Shown here: positions 52,001-62,777 of the stretch, piece by piece | How positions within the stretch are numbered: the first letter of the stretch is position 1 | Layout of the letters: the number at the start of each line of letters is the position of its first letter | Assembly (NCBI GenBank): GCA_963849325.1 | Contig: CAWKHF010000002.1 | Location: forward strand, 480,001-544,000 | Direction of reading: 5' to 3' | From: an uncultured Planctomycetota bacterium | GTDB lineage: Bacteria > Planctomycetota > Planctomycetia > Gemmatales > Gemmataceae | DNA: 64,000 bases | Program-made: the position numbers and the translations under genes | The notes under the pieces: generated by a model | Databases searched by the model: none | What the model was told of the DNA's origin: nothing | What the model saw: only the letters and a program-made list of their open reading frames with translations

Positions 52001-52693
52001 CCTCGACGATCTACCGCGAGCAGGGCAAGCGGCTGATCGCCGTCAAGTTCAGCGTGCGCGGCCGCGACCTGGCCGGCGCCGTGGCCGAGGCCCAGGAGAA
52101 GACGGCCGACCTGTTCAAGGCCCCTTACCGGGCCGAGTGGAGCGGCGAGTTTCAGGAGATGCTGGAAGCGGAGCACCGCTTGATGTACATCATTCCGCTG
52201 TCGCTGGCGGCGATCTTCGTGCTGCTGTACCTGGCATTCCACGACCTGGTCGACGCCCTGCTGGTCTTCTCCAACGTCGTCGCCCTGAGCGTCGGCGGCG
52301 TGTGGGCCTTGCTGCTGACAGGGACGAACTTCAGCATCTCGGCGGCGGTGGGCTTCATCTCGATCTTCGGCGTGGCCATCATGGATGGCCTGCTGCTGGT
52401 GTCCTACTTCAACCACCTGCGCGCCGAGGGATTGCCGCTGCGCGAGGCCATCATGCAGGGGGCGGAGAAGCGGGTGCGGCCGGTGATGATGACGGCGCTG
52501 ACGGCCATCTTCGGCCTGCTGCCGGCGGCGCTCTCGACGCGCATCGGCTCGCAGACGCAGCGGCCGCTGGCCATCGTCGTCGTCGGCGGCATGGTGACGA
52601 CGCTGTTTCTGACGCGCTACCTGATGCCGGTGCTTGTACAGCTTCTACGGCCACCGCGAGCCGCCCTCCGGCGGCGGCAGCCTGGCGCACTGA
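49080..52693 (+). CDS. RND efflux permease, CusA/CzcA family (several frameshifts)
   Basis: EAYPD, AEEVERRVTIPLE, ANLLSIGAVDFGIIVDSSVIMVEN, GREFMPELEEG, GFISIFGVAIMDG, RVRPVMMTAL, QRPLAIVVVGG. Confidence 0.95.
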
Positions 52694-52707
52694 CATATCC
52701 CACCACT

Positions 52708-52760
52708 AGCCCGGAGCGCCAACGACGGGTTGAGACAAATCGTCGCTGGCGCTCCGGGCT
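52708..52760. repeat. REP-like palindrome family B
   Basis: AGCCCGGAGCGCCAACGACGG...TCGTCGCTGGCGCTCCGGGCT. Confidence 0.85.
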
Positions 52761-52792
52761 TGTCGAGAAAATGTGTCGAAACCGCCAGTGGC

Positions 52793-52821
52793 TTGGCACT
52801 CCTCTCCGCGGCGCTTATACT
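52793..52821 (+). promoter_or_regulatory. Sigma70-type promoter of the propeller cluster
   Basis: TTGGCA-N17-TATACT. Confidence 0.6.
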
Positions 52822-52916
52822 GCGAACAGACGGCGTGTCCCGCCGTCGCCTGCCTCCCCGGGCTGCTCTTCCGTTTCATCGGAATGGGTAACACCTACCG
52901 CACGCCGAGGTCTTTC

Positions 52917-54194
52917 ATGAAGACAAAAACGCTGCTGGCAATCACTCTTGTCGCTGTCTGCCTTGCCCCGCTGTCGCTGTTCGCCCTCGATTGGCCACAG
53001 TGGCAAGGCCCCGACCGCACCAACGTCTCCAAGGAGACCGGCCTGCTCAAGGAATGGCCTCAAAGCGGGCCGAAACTGCTGTGGACTTCCGAGGACGCCG
53101 GTATGGGGTACTCGGCCCCGGCCATCGTCGGCGATCGGCTGTACTCGATGGGAGCGCGCGACGGCAAGGATTGGCTGTTCGCCTTGGATGGGAAGACGAG
53201 TCAAAAAAAATGGTCCACGCCGATTGGCGATCAATTCAGCAACAACCGAGGCAATGGTTCGCGTGGCACGCCCACGGTGGACGGCGATCGCATTTACGCC
53301 CTGGGGGGGCAGGGTAATCTCGTCTGCGTCAAGACCGATAGCGGCGAAATCGTCTGGCAGAAGAACCTCAAGCGTGATCTTGGCGGAAACATGCAGAACA
53401 ATTGGGGGTATTCCGAATCGCCCCTGATCGATGGCGCGGTCATCGTCTGCACGCCGGGCGGCAGCAAGGGGACCATCGCCGCCCTGGACAAGAACACCGG
53501 CGAGGTGCGCTGGCGGAGCAAGGGATTGATTGACGCCGCCGCCTACTCCTCGCTGGTGGTCTCGAACGCGGGCGGCGTGCGGCAGTACGTGCAGATGACC
53601 GGCAACAGCGTGACCGGCGTGGCCGCCAAGGATGGCCAGGTCCTCTGGAGTTTCAAACGCCCGAGCAACGTGGCGGCAATCCCTACGCCCATCTGCTTCG
53701 ATGATTCGGTGTACGTTTCCTCCGGCTACGGCACCGGCTGCGCCCTGCTGAAGATCAACAAGGATGGCTCCTCCTGGAAAGCGGAGCAGGTGTATGCCAA
53801 CAAGAACATGGTGAACCATCATGGCGGTGTCGTACACCTTGGCGACCATTTCTACGGTTACTCCGACGGCAAGGGCTGGGTGTGTCAGGATGCCAAGACC
53901 GGGGCGGTGGTGTGGCAAGAGCGGAATCGCCTGGGCAAGGGATCGTTGACCTGTGCGGAGGGTCGGCTGTATTGCTACAGCGAAAAAGACGGCACCGTGG
54001 TGCTTGTCGAGGCATCGCCGGCCGGCTGGAAGGAATCGGGCCGTTTCACGATCCCGCAACAAAGCAAACTGCCCCGTCCGAGCAGTCAACCCCGGAACAA
54101 CATCTGGACGCATCCGGTGGTGGCCAACGGCCGATTGTACCTGCGCGATCAGGATTTGATATTCTGTTACGACGTCAAGGGCGGCGAACGCTAA
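52917..54194 (+). CDS. PQQ-binding-like beta-propeller protein 1
   Basis: Signal peptide, DWPQWQGPDR, TPTVDGDRIY, WGYSESPLID, WTHPVVANGRLYLRDQ. Confidence 0.93.
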   Translation: MKTKTLLAITLVAVCLAPLSLFALDWPQWQGPDRTNVSKETGLLKEWPQSGPKLLWTSEDAGMGYSAPAIVGDRLYSMGARDGKDWLFALDGKTSQKKWSTPIGDQFSNNRGNGSRGTPTVDGDRIYALGGQGNLVCVKTDSGEIVWQKNLKRDLGGNMQNNWGYSESPLIDGAVIVCTPGGSKGTIAALDKNTGEVRWRSKGLIDAAAYSSLVVSNAGGVRQYVQMTGNSVTGVAAKDGQVLWSFKRPSNVAAIPTPICFDDSVYVSSGYGTGCALLKINKDGSSWKAEQVYANKNMVNHHGGVVHLGDHFYGYSDGKGWVCQDAKTGAVVWQERNRLGKGSLTCAEGRLYCYSEKDGTVVLVEASPAGWKESGRFTIPQQSKLPRPSSQPRNNIWTHPVVANGRLYLRDQDLIFCYDVKGGER

Positions 54195-54234
54195 CCCGCA
54201 AGCGGCAAACAGGACAATCATCCCCCGGTGAACC

Positions 54235-55530
54235 ATGCGAATCCTCCCGACCGTGTGCGCGGCGGCCCTGGTCTTTGTCCTGTCGGCGGCGGATTGGCCG
54301 CAGTGGCAAGGCCCCAACCGCGACGCCGTCTCGAAAGAGACCGGCCTGCTTGCGAAATGGCCCAAGGACGGACCCGAGTTGGCGTGGACGTTCGACAAGG
54401 CCGGCTCCGGCTACGCCGGTCCCGCCGTCGTCGGCGGCAAGCTGTACACGATGGGCGGCCGCGAAGGCAGCGAATACGTCTTCGCCCTGGATAACAAGGG
54501 CCAGGAACTGTGGAGCGCCAAGATCGGCTCGGTGTACGACTTCGAGGGCAACAACTGGAGCCGCGGCCCCAACGCCACGCCGACGGTAGATGGAGAGCGG
54601 CTCTTCGCACTGGGCAGCCAGGGCGTGCTGGTGTGCCTGGACACCGGCGGCAAGGAGCAATGGCGCAAGGATCTGCCGAAGGAACTCGGCGCCCAGGTCA
54701 GCACCGTCGGCGGCGGGCCGAAGGGCATGGGCTGGGGCTTCTCGTGGTCGCCGCTTGTCGATGGCGATCAACTCATCTGCGTGCCCGGCGGACCCCAGGG
54801 GTTGTTGGCGGCGCTGGACAAGAAGACCGGCGACGTGAAGTGGCGCAGCAAGGCCGTCACGGACCCGTGTCCGTACTCGTCGCCGATTGCGGCGACCCTC
54901 GGCGGCGTCAAGCAGTACGTCCAGGTGGTCAACGCCGGGGTCGTCGGCGTCGAGGCGAAGACCGGCGAGGTACTGTGGAACTTCAAACGCAAGAGACCGT
55001 GGAGCGACGTGCTGTGTCCGACGCCGATCTGCCGGGGTGATTGGATCTACGCGACAGGCACCAAGACGAGCGGCTGCACTCTCATCAAGGTCCACGCCGA
55101 CGGTGGGAAATTCAAGGCGGAGGAAGTGTATTCCAACAAGCTGATCTCGAACTTTCACGGTGGTGTCGTGCTGGTCGGCGATTACGTCTATGGTTATCAC
55201 GCCAACCGCGAATGGGCGTGCCAGAGTTTCGCCGAGGGCGGGGCCAACAAGTGGGAGTCGGACCCCAACGCCCTGGGGGCCGGCGGCTCGGGCGGCTCGA
55301 TCCTCGTCGCCGACGGCCGGCTGTACTGTCTGGCCGATAGCGAGGGCGCCGGCGTCGTCGGCATGATCGAAGCTCGGCCGGACAAATACAGCGAAATATG
55401 CCGCTTCACACTGCCGCGAAAGTCTACCCTGCGCAAAGAGAGCGGCGGCGTGTGGACGCACCCGGTCCTCTCGGATGGATACCTTTACCTGCGCGATCAG
55501 GAATTGATCTTCTGCTACAAGGTGAAATGA
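54235..55530 (+). CDS. PQQ-binding-like beta-propeller protein 2
   Basis: Paralogue of the previous gene: DWPQWQGPNR...WTHPVLSDGYLYLRDQ. Confidence 0.93.
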   Translation: MRILPTVCAAALVFVLSAADWPQWQGPNRDAVSKETGLLAKWPKDGPELAWTFDKAGSGYAGPAVVGGKLYTMGGREGSEYVFALDNKGQELWSAKIGSVYDFEGNNWSRGPNATPTVDGERLFALGSQGVLVCLDTGGKEQWRKDLPKELGAQVSTVGGGPKGMGWGFSWSPLVDGDQLICVPGGPQGLLAALDKKTGDVKWRSKAVTDPCPYSSPIAATLGGVKQYVQVVNAGVVGVEAKTGEVLWNFKRKRPWSDVLCPTPICRGDWIYATGTKTSGCTLIKVHADGGKFKAEEVYSNKLISNFHGGVVLVGDYVYGYHANREWACQSFAEGGANKWESDPNALGAGGSGGSILVADGRLYCLADSEGAGVVGMIEARPDKYSEICRFTLPRKSTLRKESGGVWTHPVLSDGYLYLRDQELIFCYKVK

Positions 55531-55545
55531 GGAAATGCGCCCTTG

Positions 55546-55609
55546 GTTAGCCGCGACGCGCAGCGGAGCGCGCGACAGACCCGCGCTCCGCTGCGCGTCG
55601 CGGCTAAAC
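55546..55609. repeat. REP-like palindrome family A
   Basis: GTTAGCCGCGACGCGCAGCGGAGCGCG...CGCGCTCCGCTGCGCGTCGCGGCTAAAC. Confidence 0.9.
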
Positions 55610-55631
55610 GGGAGGTAGAACGGGAGAGGCC

Positions 55632-56955
55632 ATGTTCGCCGCGCCGCGGGATGACATCGCACGGGCGGAGTTGGCCCACTGGCAAATCCAACGCCTGTCT
55701 CTTCTCCTGCGTGACATTCTCCCCGGCAATCGCTTCTACGCTCGCAAGTTTCAGCAAGCCGGGATCGATGTCGCCTCCCTATCCCTACCCGCCGACCTGC
55801 CACGCCTCCCCTTCACGACCAAGTCGGAACTGCTCGATGACCAGGCCCAACATCCTCCCTACGGCGAGATTTTAACGTATCCGGTCGAGCACTACAGCCG
55901 ATTGCACCAAACGTCCGGCACGGCGGGACGGCCGCTGCGCTGGCTGGATACGCCGGAGAGTTGGTCGCGGCTGCTCGACTGCTGGATGACGATGCTCGGC
56001 ATGGCCGGCGTGACGGCGGCGGATCGGCTGTTCTTTCCCTTCTCCTTCGGGCCGTTCCTCGGCTTCTGGACGGCGTTCGAGGCGGCGTCGCGGTTGGGCT
56101 GTCTGTGTCTGCCCGGCGGCGGCCTGAGCAGTTCGGCCCGTCTGCGCTTCCTGCTCGACAACCAGGCGACCGTCATCCTGTGTACGCCCACTTATGCCCT
56201 GCACCTGGCGGAGATCGCGCAGACCGACGGTATCGATTTGGTCGGCTCAACGGTGCGCAAAGTGATCGTCGCCGGCGAGCCGGGCGGCAGCATCCCGGCG
56301 ACGCGCGGCCGCATCGAGAGCGCCTGGGGAGCGCGGCTGTTCGATCACACCGGCATGACGGAAACCGGCCCGCTGGGGATTGAATGTTCCGAGCAGCCGG
56401 GCGGTCTACATCTGTTGGAGACCGAATGCCTGGCGGAAGTGATCGACCCCGAGACCACGCAGTCGGTGCCGGCCGGGACCGAGGGCGAACTGGTGCTGAC
56501 CACATTCGATCGACCAGGCAGTCCGCTGGTGCGCTACCGCACCGGCGACCTGGTGCGCGTCGATCCGCGGCCGTGTCCGTGTGGCCGGGCGCTGGTGCGC
56601 CTCGACGGCGGCATCCGCGGCCGCGTCGATGACATGATTGTCCTTCGCGGCAACAACTTGCATCCCAGCGCCTTGCAGACCATTCTGCATCGTCTCGCCG
56701 AGGTCGCCGAGTATCGCATGGAAGTCGATTACAAAGCCGCGCTGCCGGTCCTGCGCATCGAGGTCGAGCCGCGACCCGGCGTCGCCGGCGACGCCCTGGC
56801 TCGAGCGCGTCGAACACGCCATCCGCACGGAACTGCTTTTCCGCGCCGAGGTGCGGGCCGTTCCGCCCGGAAGTCTGCCCCGCTACGAAATGAAGGCCCG
56901 CCGACTGGTACGAAAAAACGAACCAGGTACTGCAAGCGATCCCTCGAAATCGTAA
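55632..56955 (+). CDS. Phenylacetate--CoA ligase (PaaK)-like adenylating enzyme (frameshift near 56795)
   Basis: LPFTTK, QTSGTAG, TPTYAL, GEPGGS, GMTE, RYRTGDLV, GRVDDM. Confidence 0.92.
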
Positions 56956-56959
56956 AAAA

Positions 56960-57040
56960 GCAATCAGCGGTCAGCGATCAGCAGTCAGCAAAACACAACC
57001 GGACGGATCGCTGATCGCTGATCGCTGACCGCTGATCGCT
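56960..57040. repeat. Heptamer tandem hairpin (GATCAGC-like)n...(GCTGATC)n
   Basis: CAATCAGCGGTCAGCGATCAGCAGTCAGC...GATCGCTGATCGCTGATCGCTGACCGCTGATCGCT. Confidence 0.85.
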
Positions 57041-57059
57041 TACCAAGAGAGCCGATCCC

Positions 57060-59378
57060 ATGAAGCACTGCCTCCCCCTGCTGCTGGTCCTGTTCGGCTG
57101 GACGGCGACGATCCGCGCCGACAACTGGTCGTCCTGGCGCGGCCCGGAACAGACCGGCGTTTCCCGCGACACCGGCCTGCCCGACACCTTCGCCGTCGAG
57201 AAGGACAAGGAAAAGAACATCGTCTGGCGGACGCCGTATGGCGGGATCACCACGCCGGTCATTCAGAACGGCCGGGTTTACGTCATCAACAAGGTCGGCG
57301 AGGACGAGTCGCAGCAAGAGCGCGTCATGTGCTTCGACGCCAACGACGGCAAGGTGCTATGGCAGCACAAGTTCAACGTCTTCCTGACCGACATCGTCGC
57401 CGACCGGCTCGGCTGGACGCAGATGGTCGGCGACGCCGAGACGGGCAACGTCTATGCTCACGGTACGCAGGGCTTTCTCTTCTGCTTCGACAAGGACGGC
57501 AAGATCCGCTGGAAGCATTCGCTGACCGAGGAATACGGTCGCATCAGCGGCTACGGCGGACGCATCACCAGTCCGATCCTGTTCGAGGATCTGCTCATCA
57601 TGCCGCTGGTCAACGCCAACTGGGGCGAACAGACGGTCGGCGGCACGCGGTTGGTTGCCTTCAACAAGCGCAGCGGCGAGGTCGTGTGGTGGTCGTCCAC
57701 GAATTATCGCGTTAAAGACACCTTCGCCTGCATGCCGGTCGTCGCCAAGATCGGCGGACAATGGCTGGTCATCACGGGTGCCGGCGACGGCGGGGTCCAC
57801 GCCTTCAAGGCCCGCACCGGCGAGAAGGTGTGGAGCTATATTTTCGCCGCCGGGGCGATCAACGCCTCGCCGGTCGTGGACGGCGATTTGGTGTACGCCG
57901 GCCACGGCGAGGCCAACATCGACGGCCGACGAACAGGGTCGCGTCATCTGCCTGGACGCCGGCAAGGTCGAGGACGGCAAGCCGAAGCTGGTCTGGAAGG
58001 TGGACGGCATCCGCGTCAAATACGCCTCGCCGCTCTTGCATGATGGCCGGCTGTACGTCTGCAACGTCGTCGGCGAGATGTATTGCCTGGATGCCAAGAA
58101 CGGCAAGCAGCTGTGGAAGTATCAGTATGGCCAAAACACGCGCGGCTCGCCGGTCTGGGGCGACGGCAAGATTTACCTGCCCGAATTGGATTCGCAGTTC
58201 CACATCCTCAAGCCCGACGACGAAAGAGTGCAAGTCGCTCTGTTCGGAGTTTTTCCGCGGCGCCGGCGAGGCGCCGGTGGAGCTGACTGGCAGTCCGGCC
58301 ATCGCCAATGGCCGCCTCTACTTCCTGACCAGCGAGGAACTGCTGTGCATCGGTAAGAAGGACCACAAGGCGGCCGACGCCGGCAAGACGCCGGAGCAGC
58401 AGACGGATCGTCAGGCACCGGCCGACGCCAAGCCGGCGCATCTGCAGGTGGTGCCGGCCGACGTGGCCCTGACGCCGGGCCAGAGCGTCAATTTCAAGGC
58501 GCTGGCCTACGACGACCACGGCCGACTGATCGGCGAGGTCAAGGCGGATTGGTCGCTGGCCGGGCCGCTGCCTCCCGTGTTTCCCATCGGCATGCCGACG
58601 CCGCCGCAGCCCAAGTCGCCGCCGTCTCCGCCGCCGCCCATGAACGGCAAGCTCAGTCACGACAGCGGTACGACCACCAAGCTGACCGTCGGCAACGCCG
58701 CCGCCGGCGCAGTTTGGCCGCGTCGTCGCCAAGGCGAACGGCCTGACCGCTTCCGTCCGCGTGCGCGTGGCGCCGCTGTTACCCTACGCCATCGACTTCG
58801 CCAAGGTGCCGCTCGGCCGCACGCCCGGCGGCTGGGTCAACTGTCAGGGCAAGTTCGCCGTCGCCAAGATGAAGGACGGCACCGTCGCCCTCAAGAAACG
58901 CAACGACGCGCCCAGTCCTCTCGTGGCGCGGGCCCGCACCTACATCGGCATGCCCGACCTGACCGACTACACCATCGAGGCCGACATGCAGGGCACCAAA
59001 CGACAAGCCGACATGCCCGACATGGGCATCGCGGCCAACCGCTATCGCCTCGCTCTGATCGGCAACGCCCAGCAATTACGGCTGGTTTCCTGGGACGCGC
59101 TGCCGCGTATCGACAAATCCATCGCCTTCGCGTGGAAGCCCGACGTCTGGTATAGCATGAAACTGACCGTCGAGGTCCAGGGCGACAAGGCCATCGCGCG
59201 CGGCAAAGTGTGGCCGCGCGATCAGCCGGAGCCGAAGGCGTGGACGCTCACGGTCGAGGATACCACCCCCAACCGCGAAGGCGCTCCCGCCCTGTACGGC
59301 AACTCCACCGGCATCCAGGAGAAGACGCCCGGCACGGAAATCTACTACACCAACGTCAAGGTCACGCCGAACAAATAA
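57060..59378 (+). CDS. PQQ-like beta-propeller protein 3 with Ig-like and beta-sandwich C-terminal domains (frameshifted)
   Basis: NWSSWRGPEQTG, GRISGYGGRITSP, SPAIANGRLY, HLQVVPADV, YTIEAD, WYSMKL, GKVWPRDQPEP. Confidence 0.88.
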
Positions 59379-59380
59379 AC

Positions 59381-59436
59381 AGTTCTGAGTTCTGAGTGAA
59401 AGACATAGAACTCAGAACTCAGAACTCAGAACTCAG
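59381..59436. repeat. Heptamer tandem hairpin (TTCTGAG)n...(CTCAGAA)n
   Basis: AGTTCTGAGTTCTGAGTG...AGAACTCAGAACTCAGAACTCAGAACTCAG. Confidence 0.85.
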
Positions 59437-59438
59437 GA

Positions 59439-61113
59439 ATGTCATCCATGCAATCCCTCCCGAATCTGCGCCGTGTGGTATCGCTGGCCGGGACCGCGCT
59501 GGTGTTCGTCGTGGTCCTCGTCGTGGTCGGACTGCAATCGTCGTCGCCGGACGCCTCCTCGGCCAAGGCCGACGCCGGCAAGGACGACCGCCGCGATTGG
59601 CCGATGTACGGCGGCACCCTGTCGCGCGATCTCGTCAACCTCCACGACAAGGGCATGCCGACCAACTGGGACGTCACCGAGGGGCAGGAGAAGAACATCA
59701 AGTGGAGCGTGCCCCTGGGCGACAAAGCCTACGGCGGACCCATCGTCGCCGGCGGCAAGATTTACGTCGGCACCAACAACAAAAACCCGCGCGATCCGAA
59801 AATCAAGGGCGACAAGGGCATCCTGCTGTGCTTCCGCGAGTCGGACGGCGAGTTCTTCTGGCAGGCGGTCCACGACAAGCTGGCGGCCGGCCGCGTCAAC
59901 GACTGGCCCGGCGAGGGCATCTGTTCCAGCCCTATCGTCGAGGGCAATCGACTGTACTACGTCAGCAACCGCTGTGAGGTCATTTGCGCCGACGTGGACG
60001 GCATGGCCAACGGCAACCAGGGCGAGCAGGACGAGAACTACAAGGGCGACAAGGACGCCGACATCATCTGGCGGCTGGACATGATCGGCAAGCTGGGCGT
60101 TTTTCCGCACAACCTGGCCGTCTGTTCGCCGTTGATCGTCGGCGACACGCTATTCGTCATCACCGCCAACGGCGTGGACGAGGGACACATCAACATTCCC
60201 AACCCTGCCGCGCCGAGCTTTTTGGCCATCGACAAGAAGACCGGCAAAGTGCTGTGGAAGGACAACGCGCCGACGCGCAGCCTGGTCGAGGCCCAGAAAG
60301 CCGGTGCGGCCGTCAACATCCGCAAGATGGTCAACGCCGGTCAACTGTTGATGCACGGCCAATGGTCCAACCCCGTCTACGCCGAGGCGAACGGCAAACC
60401 GATGATCATCTTTCCCGGCGGCGACGGCTGGATTCGCGCCTACAACCCCAAGGACAGCTCGCTTTTGTGGAAGTTCGATTGCAATCCCAAGGGCACCAAG
60501 TACGTCCTCGGTCCGGCGGCCACGCGCAATGACTTCGTTGGTACGCCGGTCGTCTGGGAGAACAAGCTGTACATTGCCGTCGGCCAGGATCCCGAGCACA
60601 AGAAAAGTGTCGGTCATCTGTGGTGCATCGACATCACCAAGCAGCCGAAAAACGAGGACAAGGATCTCACGCCGGTCAAGAACAACTTCGATCCCAAGGC
60701 GGCGGTCAACAAGGATTCCGGCCTGGTCTGGCATTACGGCGGCAAGGCGCCGCCGGGTGTCCGCCGCAATTACTCGTTCGGACGTTCGATGAGCACTTGC
60801 GCCGTCCACGACGGCCTGTGCTACGCCGCCGACTTCGATGGCTATTTCTACTGTCTCGATGCCAACACTGGCGAGAAATACTGGGACGAATCCTGGGCGC
60901 CGACACCTGGAGTTCGCCGTATTGGGTGGACGGCAAGATTTACATCGGCAGCGAGAACGGCACGATGCACGTCTTCCAGCACGGCAAGAACAAGAAGGCG
61001 CAAGTAAGATCGACATGCAGGCCGACGCCATCCGCGCGACGCCCGTGGCGGCCAACGGCGTGCTGTACACGATCACCGAGAACCCGTGCAAGCTGTGGGC
61101 GATCAAGAAGTAG
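59439..61113 (+). CDS. PQQ-like beta-propeller protein 4 (late frameshifts)
   Basis: DWPMYGG, VGTNN, DWPGEGICSSP, FPHNLAVCSP, HGQWSNP, GQDPEH, TPVAANGVLY. Confidence 0.9.
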
Positions 61114-61141
61114 CCGGGCATTACGAGGGAGGGCGGACGGG

Positions 61142-62702
61142 ATGCGCTGGACAACGGGTTTGCGAATGGGGCCGGCTGCCGGGGTGTTCCTGGTGTTGCT
61201 GGGCATGGCCTGTTCCGGCCGCTCGCCGTCCGGCGCGGACAAGGCGGAGCCGTCCGGCGCGGACAAGGCGGAGCCGTCCGCGCAACCGCAGGCCGGGCGC
61301 ACTCGTGGCCGATGTTCGGCGGCACCGTCCAGCGCAACCTGGCCAACACGACGGACACCAACCTCCCCAACGAATGGAGCATCAAGAAGGGCAAGGAGAA
61401 GAACGTCAAGTGGACCGCCAAGCTGGGCAGCAAGGGACTCGGCGGTCCCGTCGTGGCCGATGGCCGGATCTTCATCGGCACCAATAACGCCGAGGGCGAC
61501 AAGGGCGTCCTGAAATGCTTCCGCGAGTCGGACGGCAAACCCCTGTGGGAAGCGGTCCACGAAAAACTCGACGACAACAGCGGCGCGCAAAGCTACGGCA
61601 TCGTCTCGACGCCGTGCGTGGACGGCGACCGCCTGTACTACGTCAACAACCGCTGGGAGGTGATTTGCGCCGACGTCGCCGGGGAGGGCGGCAAGGCCAA
61701 GATCGTGTGGACGCTCGACATGGTCAAGGAGCTGAAAGTCTATCCCGGCGGCATCCAGGGCAGTTTGTCGATCTGTTCGCCGCTGGTCGTGGAAGACCTG
61801 GTGTTCGTGGTAACGGCCAACGGGGCGGACGCGATGGGCAAGGTGCCGGCGCCGGCGGCGCCGAGCTTTCTCGCCCTGGACAAGAAGACGGGCAAGGTGG
61901 CCTGGCAGGACCATTCGCCGGGCAAAAACATCATGGATGGCCAGTGGGGCAATCCGGCGGCGGCCCGCGTCAACGGGCGATGGCAAGTCCTCTTCCCCGG
62001 CGGCGACGGCATGGCTGTACGGCTTCGAGGCGAAGACGGGCAAACTGCTGTGGAAGTTCGATTGCAACCCCAAAGGGGCGGACTTCAAGGCCGGCGGCCG
62101 CGGTACGCGCAACTACATCGTCTCGGCCCCCGTCGTCTGGGACAACAAGGCTTTACGTCGCCACCGGCCGCCATCCCGATGAACCGCACGGCGAGGGCCA
62201 TCTGTGGTGCATCGACCTCACCAGGGAGCCGAAGAACAAGGACAAGGATTTGTCTCCCGTCAACAACAACTTCGATCCCAAGGCCGAGGCCAACAAGGAC
62301 TCCGGTCTCATCTGGCACTTCGGCGGGTCCGTCATGCCCAAACCGGAGGGCGCTGGACGGGAATATGTCTTCGGCCGCAGTGTCAGCACGGTCGCCATCC
62401 ACGACGGCCTGCTCTACGTCGCCGACCTCGCCGGATACTTGTACTGCCTGGATGCCGGCACGGGCCGAAAGCTCTGGGATGCCGATCTCAAGGCGAGCGT
62501 GTGGGCCTCGCCGTTCTACGCGGACGGCAAGGTCTACATCGGCACCGACGACGGCAGCCTGTTCGTGTTCCCGCATGGCAAGGAAGCGAAGAAGCCGGCT
62601 AAGATGGACATGGAGGAGGCGCTGCTCAGTCCGGTGATGGCGGTCAACGGCGTGCTGTACGTCAGCAACGGTTACAACCTGTACGCCCTCGCCGCCAAGT
62701 GA
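61142..62702 (+). CDS. PQQ-like beta-propeller protein 5, probable lipoprotein (frameshifted)
   Basis: LLGMAC lipobox-like motif, WPMFGG, IGTNN, DGQWGNP, GHLWCID; close paralogue of protein 4. Confidence 0.88.
61225..61280 (+). repeat. 24-bp direct tandem duplication in lipoprotein linker
   Basis: GCCGTCCGGCGCGGACAAGGCGGA x2 plus partial third (PSGADKAE). Confidence 0.9.
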
Positions 62703-62777
62703 CGATTTACCCCAAGTCGTTTCGCGGCGGCTCGCCGATCCGACGCGAAACACCGATCGACAACCGAGGAACTTTCC

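Noticed and set aside
15402-59436. Heptamer arrays or palindromes as CRISPR repeats
   Set aside because: No regularly spaced direct repeats with unique spacers and no cas genes
52917-62702. Propellers as PQQ-dependent dehydrogenases or BamB
   Set aside because: No quinoprotein-specific catalytic features recognised, no pqq genes and no bam context; only the repeat fold is supported
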